A stretch of DNA of 64,000 nucleotides from Paracoccaceae bacterium (GCA_030148005.1 JASBUI010000011.1:1557-65556); one strand, 5' to 3'. Counted from the stretch's first letter, positions 19,031-28,281 are shown. Translations and numbers: made by a program. Notes: a model not told the origin generated them from the sequence alone.

Positions 19031-20017
19031 TTACTCGACCGCCAGAGCCATGTCCAAAAGCTCTTGCCCGTCAGAAACTTCTGAGACGAACTGAGCATAG
19101 GATGTCTTCTTGGCAATCGCGCGCCAGGCTTCGAAATCCTCTGGCGTCATGTTCGCGATCTCGACACCGGCTTTGCGGAAAACCTCAACCGATGCTGCGT
19201 CCTGCTTCTTTGCCTCTTCGAGGTAATAGGCTTCGGCCTTGGCAGAAGCGGCCAGCAGGGCGTCCTGCTGAGCCTGATTCAGGCCCTCGAAAGCAGATTT
19301 GTTCATCAAGAGTGGCTGATACATGAACCAAAGCGCGACATCGCCGGCCGGGGTATAGCATTTGGCCTGCTCGTAGATGCGATAGGACACGAAAGACGAG
19401 GACGATGTGTTGGCCGCATCCAAAACGCCGGTTTGCATGGCGTTATAAATCTCGGACGATGCCATTGAGGCGATCGAGGCGCCCGCACCGGCCAGCATTT
19501 GCTCAAATGACTTGCCTGCTGCGCGGGTCTGAAGACCGGCGACATCTTCAGGCTTGGTAATGCACTTGTCCTTGCCGACAAATCCACCGGCCAGATAGCC
19601 GTGTACCAGAGTGATGACATCGTCATCGGCCATCTTGGCCTCGATCGCTTTCATGAATGGGGACTTTGACAACCGGGCGGCGTGGTCGTGGTTTTTCACG
19701 AGGCCGGGCATCAGTGTAAGGTTGTAGGCGGGCTGTTGGCCGCCTGCATAGGCCAGCGGAAAGATCGTCATGTCCAACTGTCCGCGGCTAAGCGGCTTGT
19801 ACTGCTCGCGCGGTTTGAACAGTGATTTCGATCCGAAGATCTTGATCTCAAGATCGACGTTTGCGGCGGCCACTTCGTCGGCGACCATCTGGGCGACCTT
19901 TGCGCGCACGTCCTTGTTTGACCATTGGTGCGACAGGCGCAACTCCTTGGCACTTGCCAGCGTGCCGGACGCGGCGATTGCAATTGCCGCAACAGCGGAC
20001 ATCAGCGAAAGTTTCAT
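19031..20017 (-). CDS. TRAP transporter substrate-binding protein (DctP family), probably for malonate
   Basis: The signal peptide is MKLSLMSAVAAIAIAASGTLASA, followed by the DctP-type start KELRLSHQW. The context is the matPQMAB arrangement known from rhizobia. Confidence 0.85.
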   Translation of the reverse strand: MKLSLMSAVAAIAIAASGTLASAKELRLSHQWSNKDVRAKVAQMVADEVAAANVDLEIKIFGSKSLFKPREQYKPLSRGQLDMTIFPLAYAGGQQPAYNLTLMPGLVKNHDHAARLSKSPFMKAIEAKMADDDVITLVHGYLAGGFVGKDKCITKPEDVAGLQTRAAGKSFEQMLAGAGASIASMASSEIYNAMQTGVLDAANTSSSSFVSYRIYEQAKCYTPAGDVALWFMYQPLLMNKSAFEGLNQAQQDALLAASAKAEAYYLEEAKKQDAASVEVFRKAGVEIANMTPEDFEAWRAIAKKTSYAQFVSEVSDGQELLDMALAVE

Positions 20018-20110
20018 GAATTCCTCCCATTTTCATCCGACAGGGCCGCAAGCAGCGAATCCGGTCGTGATGCAGGAGCATTGCCTTCTGCGCATTCAGT
20101 GTCAACGATT

Positions 20111-20120
20111 TTGTATACAA
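20111..20120. promoter_or_regulatory. Candidate GntR/FadR-type operator in the divergent matR/TRAP promoter
   Basis: The perfect palindrome TTGTATACAA matches the FadR-subfamily core t.GT...AC.a. It lies 47 bp upstream of the regulator ATG and 94 bp upstream of the dctP start. Confidence 0.45.
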
Positions 20121-20166
20121 TACATTCGAGATTGCACGCAGGAAAATTCGTGGCTAATATTTCTCC

Positions 20167-20823
20167 ATGGATATTCGACACGCAGATAGAATTGCCGACG
20201 CGCTTGAAGAGCTGATCTTTACGGCCGAGTTCGAGGACAACGCCCGCCTTGACGAAGTACGTCTGGCGGAACGGTTTGCAGTGTCGCGCACACCGGTCCG
20301 AGAGGCGCTTCAAAGGCTTGTGGCATCCGGTATTGCCATTCAGATCCCGAGGCGCGGTGTTTTCGTGCGCCAACCCGGCCCGGTCGAGCTTTTGGAGATG
20401 TTCGAAGTGATGGCCGAGCTTGAGGCGTCATGCGGGCGTCTTGCGGCCTTGCGGATATCCACTGCTGATATTGCTCGGCTTGAGACGGCGAATGAAAACT
20501 GCCTGTCGGCGATCGATGCGGGCGACAGCGATGCCTATTACCGTGAGAACGAGGCCTTTCATCACCTGATCTACAAGGCTTCGGGCAATGGGTTCCTGGA
20601 ACAAGAGGCGCTGCGCCTTCATCGCAGGCTGAAACCCTATCGCCGGCTTCAGTTGCGCCTGCACGGGCGTATGAGCCAGTCGATGCAGGAACATCAGCGT
20701 ATCCTGAGTGCCCTGCGCGATGGCAAGTCGGATCGGGCCGCCACCGCGCTGCGGGATCACGTGGCGGTGCAGGGCGAAAAGTTTCACCGCTTGCTGGCCA
20801 ACCTCAAACCGGCGGCCGAGTAA
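20167..20823 (+). CDS. GntR-family (FadR subfamily) transcriptional regulator, divergent from the malonate operon
   Basis: The N-terminal wHTH reads LAERFAVSRTPVREALQRL, and the C-terminal domain is an FCD-like all-helical domain. Confidence 0.85.
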   Translation: MDIRHADRIADALEELIFTAEFEDNARLDEVRLAERFAVSRTPVREALQRLVASGIAIQIPRRGVFVRQPGPVELLEMFEVMAELEASCGRLAALRISTADIARLETANENCLSAIDAGDSDAYYRENEAFHHLIYKASGNGFLEQEALRLHRRLKPYRRLQLRLHGRMSQSMQEHQRILSALRDGKSDRAATALRDHVAVQGEKFHRLLANLKPAAE

Positions 20824-20912
20824 ACACGCGCCGGGCGCCCTTGATCCAGATCAAGGCTCTCTCCACATCCAGTGGTATGTATGTGTGAAACACAGACAGA
20901 TAGAGGAGCCTG

Positions 20913-21350
20913 ATGATGTTTACTTCGATACTGGTCGCCATAGACGGGTCCGAACCATCGGGGCGGGCGCTTGAAGTGGCTTGCGACATTGCCAAACACT
21001 ACAACGCCAAACTGCATCTGGCGCATACGCCGCAGATCGACACGTTTTCCTACGCGATGGGGGCGGGCATCGTTGATATCCCGCCCACCGCAGAAGAGAT
21101 CATGGCCGCCGGAACCCAAGTTCTGTCAGAGGCCTCGGCGGCGGCGCAAGCCAAAGGCGTGAAACCTGTGTCCAAAACCTTGGGGGCCGGGGATCCGGCA
21201 AACCACATCCTTGAGGTGGCAAAGGCCAACGGCGTTGATCTGATCGTCACGGGCCGGCGCGGTTTGGGCAGTCTGACAAGTCTTGTGCTTGGATCGACAT
21301 CGCAGCGCATTGCCCATGATGCGACCTGCGCGATCCTGACCGTCAAATAG
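20913..21350 (+). CDS. Universal stress protein (UspA family)
   Basis: ILVAIDGSEPSGRALEVA ... LIVTGRRGLGSLTSLVLGSTSQRIAHDATCAILTV. Confidence 0.85.
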   Translation: MMFTSILVAIDGSEPSGRALEVACDIAKHYNAKLHLAHTPQIDTFSYAMGAGIVDIPPTAEEIMAAGTQVLSEASAAAQAKGVKPVSKTLGAGDPANHILEVAKANGVDLIVTGRRGLGSLTSLVLGSTSQRIAHDATCAILTVK

Positions 21351-21361
21351 AGCAGGGCGCC

Positions 21362-21811
21362 CTAGTAGGGCACATAGCGATAGGTCTGACCGGAAGTGTT
21401 TCGGTAGGTAAAGCCCGTGCGGTCCAGTTGGATCTGCACGCCCGGTGACAGGTATTGTCCGGGGTGCGGGCGAAACAGGTTGTAGTCAGCGCCCGCAGTC
21501 CTTTTCAGGCGAATCCAGTCGCTTGTCTTGCCGTTGTTAAAGAAGATGCGCAGGCGCGTATCCCATGCGCCGCTGCTTTTGAACTCTACATGTCCCGTCT
21601 GGCCTTCGACGCGGTAGCGCGGCTCGAACAGCTGAAATTCCCTTTGCACCGGTTCGGCGCACTCTATGACGCCCGGTTTTTGCTCGATCGGAATGCCGTC
21701 CTTGTTGCCGCTGCAGATCTGATCGGTGACGATCTGTTGCGCATTCAGGGGAAGTCCGAGGATCAAGAAAGCCGCAAATGGGGCGGTTAATCTGATGAAA
21801 AGGTTAAACAT
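21362..21811 (-). CDS. Hypothetical secreted protein
   Basis: It has an N-terminal signal peptide (FNLFIRLTAPFAAFLILGLPLNAQQ) and no recognisable domain. Confidence 0.5.
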   Translation of the reverse strand: MFNLFIRLTAPFAAFLILGLPLNAQQIVTDQICSGNKDGIPIEQKPGVIECAEPVQREFQLFEPRYRVEGQTGHVEFKSSGAWDTRLRIFFNNGKTSDWIRLKRTAGADYNLFRPHPGQYLSPGVQIQLDRTGFTYRNTSGQTYRYVPY

Positions 21812-22166
21812 TCAATCGCTCCAGCACCGGGTGGACGTTGGTCCGCGCTCCGCCGGACCAGAGCGGAATTTGCTGGGGCCCAACGGGGGTAAAAGCAGGG
21901 TGTCAAAAAGCGCTCTGGCTGTCCAGATGACAGCGCGCCGATCGCGGTTGAGACGTGAATTTTTGGCCGTAGGCAAGCTTTTGCCGGATTCCCGGATTCT
22001 TGGAAATATCTTGATTTTCTTACCAGAATGCCCCATATCCCGTCTGCGCTACGTTACCTCTATCGACCTACTGTCTCCGTCTACCGGCCTCAGTCTTTCG
22101 ATCAGCACTGACACGGCTACGGGCTGTCGCACTTCCGCGGACAGCAAAATAGACAGGAGACTTCAC

Positions 22167-22373
22167 ATGGCCAATGGCACCGTGAAATGGTTCAACACAA
22201 CTAAAGGCTACGGTTTTGTAGCTCCCGAATCCGGCGGCAAGGACGTTTTCGTCCACATTTCCGCTGTTGAGCGTTCGGGTCTGACAGGCCTGGCCGACGA
22301 CCAGAAGGTCACATATGACCTTGAAGTTGGTCGCGACGGCCGCGAAAGCGCGATCAACATCGCACTGGCCTAA
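22167..22373 (+). CDS. cspA: Cold-shock protein (CspA family)
   Basis: MANGTVKWFNTTKGYGFVAPESGGKDVFVHISAV carries the RNP1/RNP2 motifs. AGGAGA lies 6 nt upstream of the ATG. The 215-aa ORF in the track is an in-frame read-through of the leader. Confidence 0.95.
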   Translation: MANGTVKWFNTTKGYGFVAPESGGKDVFVHISAVERSGLTGLADDQKVTYDLEVGRDGRESAINIALA

Positions 22374-22385
22374 GGGCTTTTGGCG

Positions 22386-22413
22386 GCGGGCCGCAGTGCG
22401 GCCCGTCACCTTT
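22386..22413 (+). terminator. GC hairpin after cspA (probable terminator, weak T-tract)
   Basis: gggccgc-agt-gcggccc forms a perfect 7-bp stem that can be extended by 2 bp, followed by caccttt. Confidence 0.45.
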
Positions 22414-22546
22414 CCAGCCACGGCCAAGGCTGTGGTACCTGATTTTCCCACAATTGACAGTTTGGAACTTGCGGCGCTGCGCAGCGTCCGGCGAGCGCTC
22501 TGTTATTCACGCTTGATTAAAGCGAGCGTTTCGGCATGCTTGCAAC

Positions 22547-23083
22547 ATGCCTATTTCATTCAAAAGATTTCTTCTAACCATCGTGTTTCTGGGTCTTTCC
22601 GGCCAGATCGCGGGCGCTCAGGACCGAAATGAGGTCCGCTTTGTCAAATCGGTGTTGTCACAGCTTCAGGACCTTTCTTTCAAGGAAGACCGTGAATACT
22701 GCGGCTACATCGGGCTGGATCGTTCCGGCCGCCTGAAGTCTTCGGTGGCCTACAAGGGGCGCATGGACAGTTGCGATGCGCAGTTTCCCGAGGATATCGA
22801 TGTCGTGGCCTCTTTCCACACGCATGGAAGTTTTCTTGAAGACGCCGCTGCCGAGGTGCCCTCTGTCAACGATATGGAGGCCGATGAAGAAGAAGGTGTC
22901 GACGGTTACGTCTCAACGCCGGGTGGGCGGCTTTGGTACATCGACACCACGGATATGATCACCTTTCAGCTTTGCGGGATCGGATGCCTCAAGAAGGATC
23001 CAAAGTTCGTGCAGGGCGTCGATGGCGAGGTTCTGCAAAGCTATACCTACGAAGAGCTGATCGAGCGCGAGAACGAAGGCTAG
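22547..23083 (+). CDS. Secreted hypothetical protein, possibly DUF4329-like
   Basis: The signal peptide is MPISFKRFLLTIVFLGLSGQIAGA. The motifs EYCGYIG ... ASFHTHGSF ... VPSVNDM ... GYVSTPGGRLWYID resemble DUF4329-type domains. This rests on recollection only. Confidence 0.4.
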   Translation: MPISFKRFLLTIVFLGLSGQIAGAQDRNEVRFVKSVLSQLQDLSFKEDREYCGYIGLDRSGRLKSSVAYKGRMDSCDAQFPEDIDVVASFHTHGSFLEDAAAEVPSVNDMEADEEEGVDGYVSTPGGRLWYIDTTDMITFQLCGIGCLKKDPKFVQGVDGEVLQSYTYEELIERENEG

Positions 23084-23703
23084 GCAATCATCGCAAGGAT
23101 TTCGCCTGCAAGCTCTTTGATCTCTTTTGCGGCAGGCCCTGATGGCGCCGTTTCCAGAACTGACAACCCTCGGCCAAGCGTTTCCGCATAGGCGACGCGT
23201 GATCCGACAACCGTTTGGGCACGTCCGGCGGTGATCGCCTCTGCAATGTCCTTTGCAAGGCGCGTTCCAGCGCGTGCGCGGTTCAGCACGATCAGCGCTT
23301 TTGCTTGCTCTCTGTCTGCCAGTTCCAGAACGCTTTCGGTGGCCCAAAGGTCAACCTGGCTGGTTGCGACCGGAACCAGAACCAGCTTTGCCTCTCTGAG
23401 GGCGGGTCGCAGGTCACTGTCGACCTTGGGCGGCGTGTCGACAAGGATGATATCGGCCTGTGATCTAAGCTTGGTCAGCTCATAGGACACGCCCCACGCG
23501 CTGGCCGTCGAAAACAGGATGTCCGGTTCCTTGGTGCCTTCAAGGCGGGTCATCGCCCAGCGGCCCAAGCTGCCTTGGGGATCGGTATCCAGAAGCGCAA
23601 CGCGCAGGTTCATGGCCGAAAAGGCAATCGCAAGGTTGGCTGCAAGCGTTGTCTTGCCGCTGCCGCCTTTCTGCTGTGCGATCGTGATGACCTTGCCGGA
23701 CAT
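23080..23703 (-). CDS. Small ParA/MinD-family ATPase with no parB partner in the window
   Basis: The deviant Walker A is QQKGGSGKTTLAANLA, with DTDPQGS and ILVDTPP. The start is taken at MSGKVITIA, which has AGGGGG upstream. Its stop overlaps the convergent gene's stop (CTAG at 23080-23083). Confidence 0.8.
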   Translation of the reverse strand: MSGKVITIAQQKGGSGKTTLAANLAIAFSAMNLRVALLDTDPQGSLGRWAMTRLEGTKEPDILFSTASAWGVSYELTKLRSQADIILVDTPPKVDSDLRPALREAKLVLVPVATSQVDLWATESVLELADREQAKALIVLNRARAGTRLAKDIAEAITAGRAQTVVGSRVAYAETLGRGLSVLETAPSGPAAKEIKELAGEILAMIA

Positions 23704-23820
23704 TGGCGCCCCCTGTCGCTGCAAGGAAAGCAGAAAAATGCCGCGACTGCAAAGGCAAAATGCTGCGATGCGGCAATGCGGGTGGCGCTTAACGTGGGGT
23801 TCAGGCCAGCAGGGCGCAAT

Positions 23821-24438
23821 CTATGGCGCGTTCCAATCGACATCATCGGCCGGTTCGACGGTCAGGCTTCCGTCCGGGTAGGGGCGCATCAGATCGGCAA
23901 GCTCTTCTTCGGGGGCGTGCAGCCATGTGTCGAACTGAGAAGGCACAAGAAGAACGCCCATGCGATGGTGAATGCCGCTGACATCGGCAGAAGGTGGGCA
24001 TGTCACCATCGCCGCTTGCGCAACCTCCAGACCGCCGGGGGCTTTCCAGACATCGCAAATGGCGGCGAAAGCCAGAAGTTGCCGATCGGCCGAGGTTATG
24101 CGCCACGCGGTCTTGCGCCGCTTCTCGCCGGTCCATTCGTACCAGCCATCGGCGGGCACGATACAGCGCGATACGCCCTGAAAGGCGGATTTTGAAAAGA
24201 CGGTTTCGGATCGCGCATTTACGATGGTTTCCATCACGGGGCGCCCGCGCGCGTTGACCCGGCCAACAGGGATCAGGCCCCAGCGCATGCGCGTCAGACC
24301 GCTTTGGGTCAATGTCAGGATCTCTTCGCCGGGGCTGATGTTGTTGCGGGGCGGATCGGGTGCAAGTGCGCCAGCGGGGCCGCCGAAAAGCTCGGCAATC
24401 CGGGGTAAAGGTGTTGTTAGGAAAAGGCGACCGGGCAT
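23821..24438 (-). CDS. SOS-response-associated peptidase (SRAP/YedK, DUF159) homolog lacking the catalytic Cys2
   Basis: SRAP hallmarks are present: RMRWGLIP, NARSETV, RCIVPADGWYEW and IHHRMGVLL. The N-terminus is MPGR (atg ccc ggt cgc) instead of the canonical MCGR. Confidence 0.75.
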   Translation of the reverse strand: MPGRLFLTTPLPRIAELFGGPAGALAPDPPRNNISPGEEILTLTQSGLTRMRWGLIPVGRVNARGRPVMETIVNARSETVFSKSAFQGVSRCIVPADGWYEWTGEKRRKTAWRITSADRQLLAFAAICDVWKAPGGLEVAQAAMVTCPPSADVSGIHHRMGVLLVPSQFDTWLHAPEEELADLMRPYPDGSLTVEPADDVDWNAP

Positions 24439-24514
24439 AGCTGTATTCTAGGTCAAAACGGCTTTTGCCGGAAAACAATTTGTGAAAGGCTTGAGGCTGA
24501 TCAGGGGAGGCAAC

Positions 24515-25255
24515 ATGCAGCTTAAGGACAAGAAGGCGATCGTAACCGGCGGCGCGTCCGGTTTCGGCGAAGGCATCGCGCGAAGGTTCGCCGCCGAAGG
24601 GGCGCATGTCATGGTAGCTGACATCAACCTGAAGGCCGCCCAGACGCTGGCCGCGGACATTGGGGGATGCGCCTGCCAGGTGGATGTCTCGCAGAATGAT
24701 CAGGTGCTGGCGATGACCAAGGCCGCGCTGTCAGAGCTGGGATCAATCGACATTCTGGTGAACAACGCCGGGGTGACGCATATGCCCGCGCTGATGGAAG
24801 AGGTCAGCGAAGAAGATTTCGACCGGGTTCTGGCGGTCAACGCCAAGTCGGTGTTCCTGACCGCGCGCCACATCGTGCCGCTGATGAAGGAAAACGGCAG
24901 CGGGGCAATTTTGAACATCGCGTCCACGGCTGGCGTCTCACCCCGCCCAAGGCTCAATTGGTACAACGCGTCAAAGGGCTGGATGATCACGGCCACAAAG
25001 ACAATGGCGGTTGAGCTTGCGGGCAACGCCATTCGTGTGAACGCGATCAACCCCGTTGCCGGAGAGACACCGCTTTTGGCAAGTTTTCTTGGCGGCGACA
25101 CGCCGGAGAACAGGCAGAGGTTTCTGTCGACGATCCCGATGGGCCGGTTTTCGACGCCTCGGGACATCGCGGCGCTGGCCGTATTTCTTTGCTCGGATGA
25201 GGCTGGGCTGATCACCGGGCAGGCGATCGAGATCGACGGCGGGCGCACGATTTGA
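24515..25255 (+). CDS. SDR-family oxidoreductase
   Basis: TGGASGFGEGIA (TGxxxGxG), NNAG and YNASK (YxxxK). The start is at MQLKDKKAIV, with GGGGAGG upstream. Confidence 0.85.
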   Translation: MQLKDKKAIVTGGASGFGEGIARRFAAEGAHVMVADINLKAAQTLAADIGGCACQVDVSQNDQVLAMTKAALSELGSIDILVNNAGVTHMPALMEEVSEEDFDRVLAVNAKSVFLTARHIVPLMKENGSGAILNIASTAGVSPRPRLNWYNASKGWMITATKTMAVELAGNAIRVNAINPVAGETPLLASFLGGDTPENRQRFLSTIPMGRFSTPRDIAALAVFLCSDEAGLITGQAIEIDGGRTI

Positions 25256-25325
25256 GTTTCGGGTGGCATCGGGAAGGGGGCCGCTGCAGCTTGCCAAACT
25301 TTGGCGCGGGGTTTCGACAGGGCGG

Positions 25326-25883
25326 ATGACAAACTTCTTCTTTGGATATGGATCGCTGGTCAATTGCGGCACGCATGACTACTCCGATGCGGCCCCGGCG
25401 CGCCTTTCGGGCTGGCGCCGCCGCTGGTGCAGCACCCATGCGCGCGAGGTGGCTTATCTGTCGGTCTGGCGCGCGCCGGGGGCAGAGGTTGACGGGCTTG
25501 TCGCCTCTGTCGGGGCCAGCGAATGGGCGGCGCTTGATGCGCGTGAGGCGGCTTATGACCGGTTGGATGTGCATGCGGATGTCGCGCCTGCGCCGCGCGG
25601 CGCCAGCAGCCTGATCGCATTTTCGGTGCCAGAGCGGAACGTTCTGAAAGAGGCCAGACTACCGATCTATCTAAGTTACATCGATGTGGTTGTGCAGGGC
25701 TATTTGCGTGTTTTCGGCCAAAGCGGCGCGGCCGCGTTCTTTGACACGACGGATGGCTGGGATCGCCCGGTCATTGATGACCGCGCCGCCCCGCGCTATC
25801 CGCGCCACCAAAAGCTTACCCCAGCAGAGCGGGCCCTTGTAGATGAGCATCTGGCGCGGCTGCACGTTCAGCCAGCGCGTTAG
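25326..25883 (+). CDS. Gamma-glutamylcyclotransferase-like (AIG2/GGCT fold) protein
   Basis: The N-terminus MTNFFFGYGSLVN carries the YGSL motif. The size is about 185 aa. Confidence 0.55.
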   Translation: MTNFFFGYGSLVNCGTHDYSDAAPARLSGWRRRWCSTHAREVAYLSVWRAPGAEVDGLVASVGASEWAALDAREAAYDRLDVHADVAPAPRGASSLIAFSVPERNVLKEARLPIYLSYIDVVVQGYLRVFGQSGAAAFFDTTDGWDRPVIDDRAAPRYPRHQKLTPAERALVDEHLARLHVQPAR

Positions 25884-25896
25884 GGTGGCAGGGCGA

Positions 25897-27216
25897 TCAG
25901 CCTTTGGGGTGCACTTGCATCAGGGGCATGACATCGGCCATTTCAGGCCCCTTGGCCCGGCCGGTAACCGCAAGGCGTAGCGGCATGAACAGGCCGCGAC
26001 CCTTGCGACCCGTTGCCTCTTTGACCGCATTGGTCCATGTCGCCCATGTGTCCGGGCCATAGGGCGGCTGAGGCAAGAGGGCCATGGCCTGATCCACGAA
26101 TTCACGGTCCTCATCTTCGACCGCCGGGGCCGCGCCGGCAGAGAAGACTTTCCACCAGTCCGCCATGTCGCCCAGAACGGTGATGTTTTCGCGAACGACA
26201 GACCAGAACTGCGGTGCAAGCTGATCCGGAACGCCAAGAGCCGCAACATGATCGGCCACGGCCTCAAGCGGCAGGCCGGCCAGGTAGCGCGCGGTTAGTG
26301 GGAAAAGATCCGCCTCATCAAACTTGGTTGGAGCCGCACCGAAATGGGACAGATCGAACCCCTCGATAAGCTCTTCCAGTGACCCGCAAAGTTCAATCGG
26401 ATCTGATGAGCCAAGGCGCGCCATATGGCTGAGAAGCGCCATGGGCTGAACGCCGCGCGCGCGAAGATCGCGCAGCGCCAAAGTGCCCAGCCGCTTTGAC
26501 AGCGCTTCGCCATGCGGGCCGGTCAAAAGCGAGTGGTGCGCGAACTCTGGGACGGTTCCGCCAAGCGCCTGAATGATCTGGATCTGGGTTGCGGTATTGG
26601 TGACGTGATCGGATCCGCGCACAACATGGGTGACGCCCATGTCGGTGTCATCGACGACGGATGCGATGGTATAAAGCACCTGCCCGTCGCCGCGGATCAG
26701 GACCGGGTCACTGACGCTGGCGGCATCGATCGATATGTCCCCTAAGATTCCGTCGGTCCATTCGATGCGCTGCTGGTCCAGAAGGAAACGCCAGTGCGAG
26801 CTGCGTTCGCCTCGCAGCCGCGTCTTTTCATCTTCGGACAGCGCAAGGGCAGAGCGGTCATAGACCGGCGGGCGGCCCATGTTCAGCTGTTTCTTTCGCT
26901 TAAGGTCCAGTTCCGTCGGCGTCTCGAAAGCCTCATAAAGACGGCCGCTGGCGCGCATCTGATCGGCGGCTTCGGCATAGCGGTCCAGACGCTGGGACTG
27001 CTTTTCGACGCGGTCCCAAGTCAGGCCCAGCCACTCAAGGTCTTCCATGATCGCATCGGCATATTCCTGCGTTGAGCGCACCGGATCGGTGTCATCAAGA
27101 CGCAGAATGAACGTGCCGCCGGATTTGCGCGCGATCATGTAGTTGAAAAGCGCCGTGCGCAGGTTTCCAACGTGGATGAAACCGGTGGGGGAAGGGGCGA
27201 AACGGGTGACGGTCAT
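25897..27216 (-). CDS. gltX: Glutamate--tRNA ligase
   Basis: MTVTRFAPSPTGFIHVGNLRTALFNY carries a HIGH-like motif and LSKRLG is the KMSKS-like motif. GAGGAG lies upstream. Confidence 0.95.
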   Translation of the reverse strand: MTVTRFAPSPTGFIHVGNLRTALFNYMIARKSGGTFILRLDDTDPVRSTQEYADAIMEDLEWLGLTWDRVEKQSQRLDRYAEAADQMRASGRLYEAFETPTELDLKRKKQLNMGRPPVYDRSALALSEDEKTRLRGERSSHWRFLLDQQRIEWTDGILGDISIDAASVSDPVLIRGDGQVLYTIASVVDDTDMGVTHVVRGSDHVTNTATQIQIIQALGGTVPEFAHHSLLTGPHGEALSKRLGTLALRDLRARGVQPMALLSHMARLGSSDPIELCGSLEELIEGFDLSHFGAAPTKFDEADLFPLTARYLAGLPLEAVADHVAALGVPDQLAPQFWSVVRENITVLGDMADWWKVFSAGAAPAVEDEDREFVDQAMALLPQPPYGPDTWATWTNAVKEATGRKGRGLFMPLRLAVTGRAKGPEMADVMPLMQVHPKG

Positions 27217-27357
27217 GGGAACTCTCCTCGGGCGCAACCCTCTCTCACAGCGCGGCGGTATTGTCCATATGGCGAACTGTTGCCGCAGCTTTCGAGGTCA
27301 ACGACGCGAAGGGCGTTTCGTGTTATGGTGGTCCCATTGTTCAGAAGGAGGATTGTT

Positions 27358-28281
27358 ATGTCATCTACTATCAAATTCTCACGTCGTCAGGCGATGTTGT
27401 CTGCGGCGGCCCTGCCTATTCTGGCAGGGGTTTCAGGGACTCCGGCCTTTGCGGCAAGTCATGGCGCCCCGGCGCAGCCCATCGCGCGGCGTTTCATGCT
27501 TGGCGATATGGAAGTTACCACCCTGCTTGCCGGATCCATGCCGCGTGACAAGCCCCAGACGATCTTTGGGATGAATGTGTCCGAGGAGGAGTTTGCGCGC
27601 GTGTCGGCCGAGAATTTCATTCCAGCCGATGCCGTTCAGTTCTATTTCACTCCAACGGTGATCAAAACGGGCGATCAGGTTGTTCTGGTCGATACCGGTT
27701 TGAACGCGGCGGGCACGACCGCGGCGCTGGCGGATGCCGGATATGATGCCAAAGATGTTGATGTCGTGGTGATTTCGCACATGCATGGTGATCACATTGG
27801 CGGGCTGATGCAGGACGGCGCACCGACCTATCCCAACGCGTCCTACGTAACAGGCCAGATCGAGTATGATCACTGGGCCAAGGCCGGGAATGAGCGGTTT
27901 GACCAGAACATGCGCCCGCTTGCCGAAAAGACGACGTTTATCAAAGACGGCGCCAGCGTCGCATCCGGCATCACGGCCATGGCCGCCTATGGGCACACGC
28001 CGGGGCATATGAACTTCATGCTGGAAAGCGGCGGGCAACAGATGTTGTTGACCGTCGATCTGGCCAATCACTATGTCTGGTCGCTGGCCTATCCCGACTG
28101 GGAAGTGCGCTTTGATATGGACAAGGAAGCGGCGGCGGCATCGCGCCGCAAGGTTCTGGGAATGCTTGCCGCTGACCGAGTGCCAATGGTCGGCTATCAC
28201 ATGCCGTTTCCGGGCGCCGGTTTTGTTCAGGCGCGCGGCGACGGTTTCCACTGGGTGCCGACAAGCTATCAGTTCATGTAG
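27358..28281 (+). CDS. MBL-fold metallo-hydrolase with a Tat signal peptide
   Basis: SRRQAMLSAAALPILAGVSGTPAFA is a twin-arginine signal. HMHGDHIGG is the HxHxDH motif, with downstream GHTPGH. Confidence 0.8.
   Translation: MSSTIKFSRRQAMLSAAALPILAGVSGTPAFAASHGAPAQPIARRFMLGDMEVTTLLAGSMPRDKPQTIFGMNVSEEEFARVSAENFIPADAVQFYFTPTVIKTGDQVVLVDTGLNAAGTTAALADAGYDAKDVDVVVISHMHGDHIGGLMQDGAPTYPNASYVTGQIEYDHWAKAGNERFDQNMRPLAEKTTFIKDGASVASGITAMAAYGHTPGHMNFMLESGGQQMLLTVDLANHYVWSLAYPDWEVRFDMDKEAAAASRRKVLGMLAADRVPMVGYHMPFPGAGFVQARGDGFHWVPTSYQFM

Noticed and set aside
21726-22373. A 215-aa ORF containing cspA.
   Set aside because: Only the last 68 codons are CspA (MANGTVKWFN...), and they have their own AGGAGA SD. 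The upstream 147 codons have no protein-like features and are the cspA leader, which happens to be open in frame.
23080-23703. ParA as evidence of an integrated plasmid or prophage.
   Set aside because: There is no parB, rep, integrase, relaxase or phage gene within several kb on either side. The flanking genes (SRAP, SDR, gltX) look chromosomal with the same composition.
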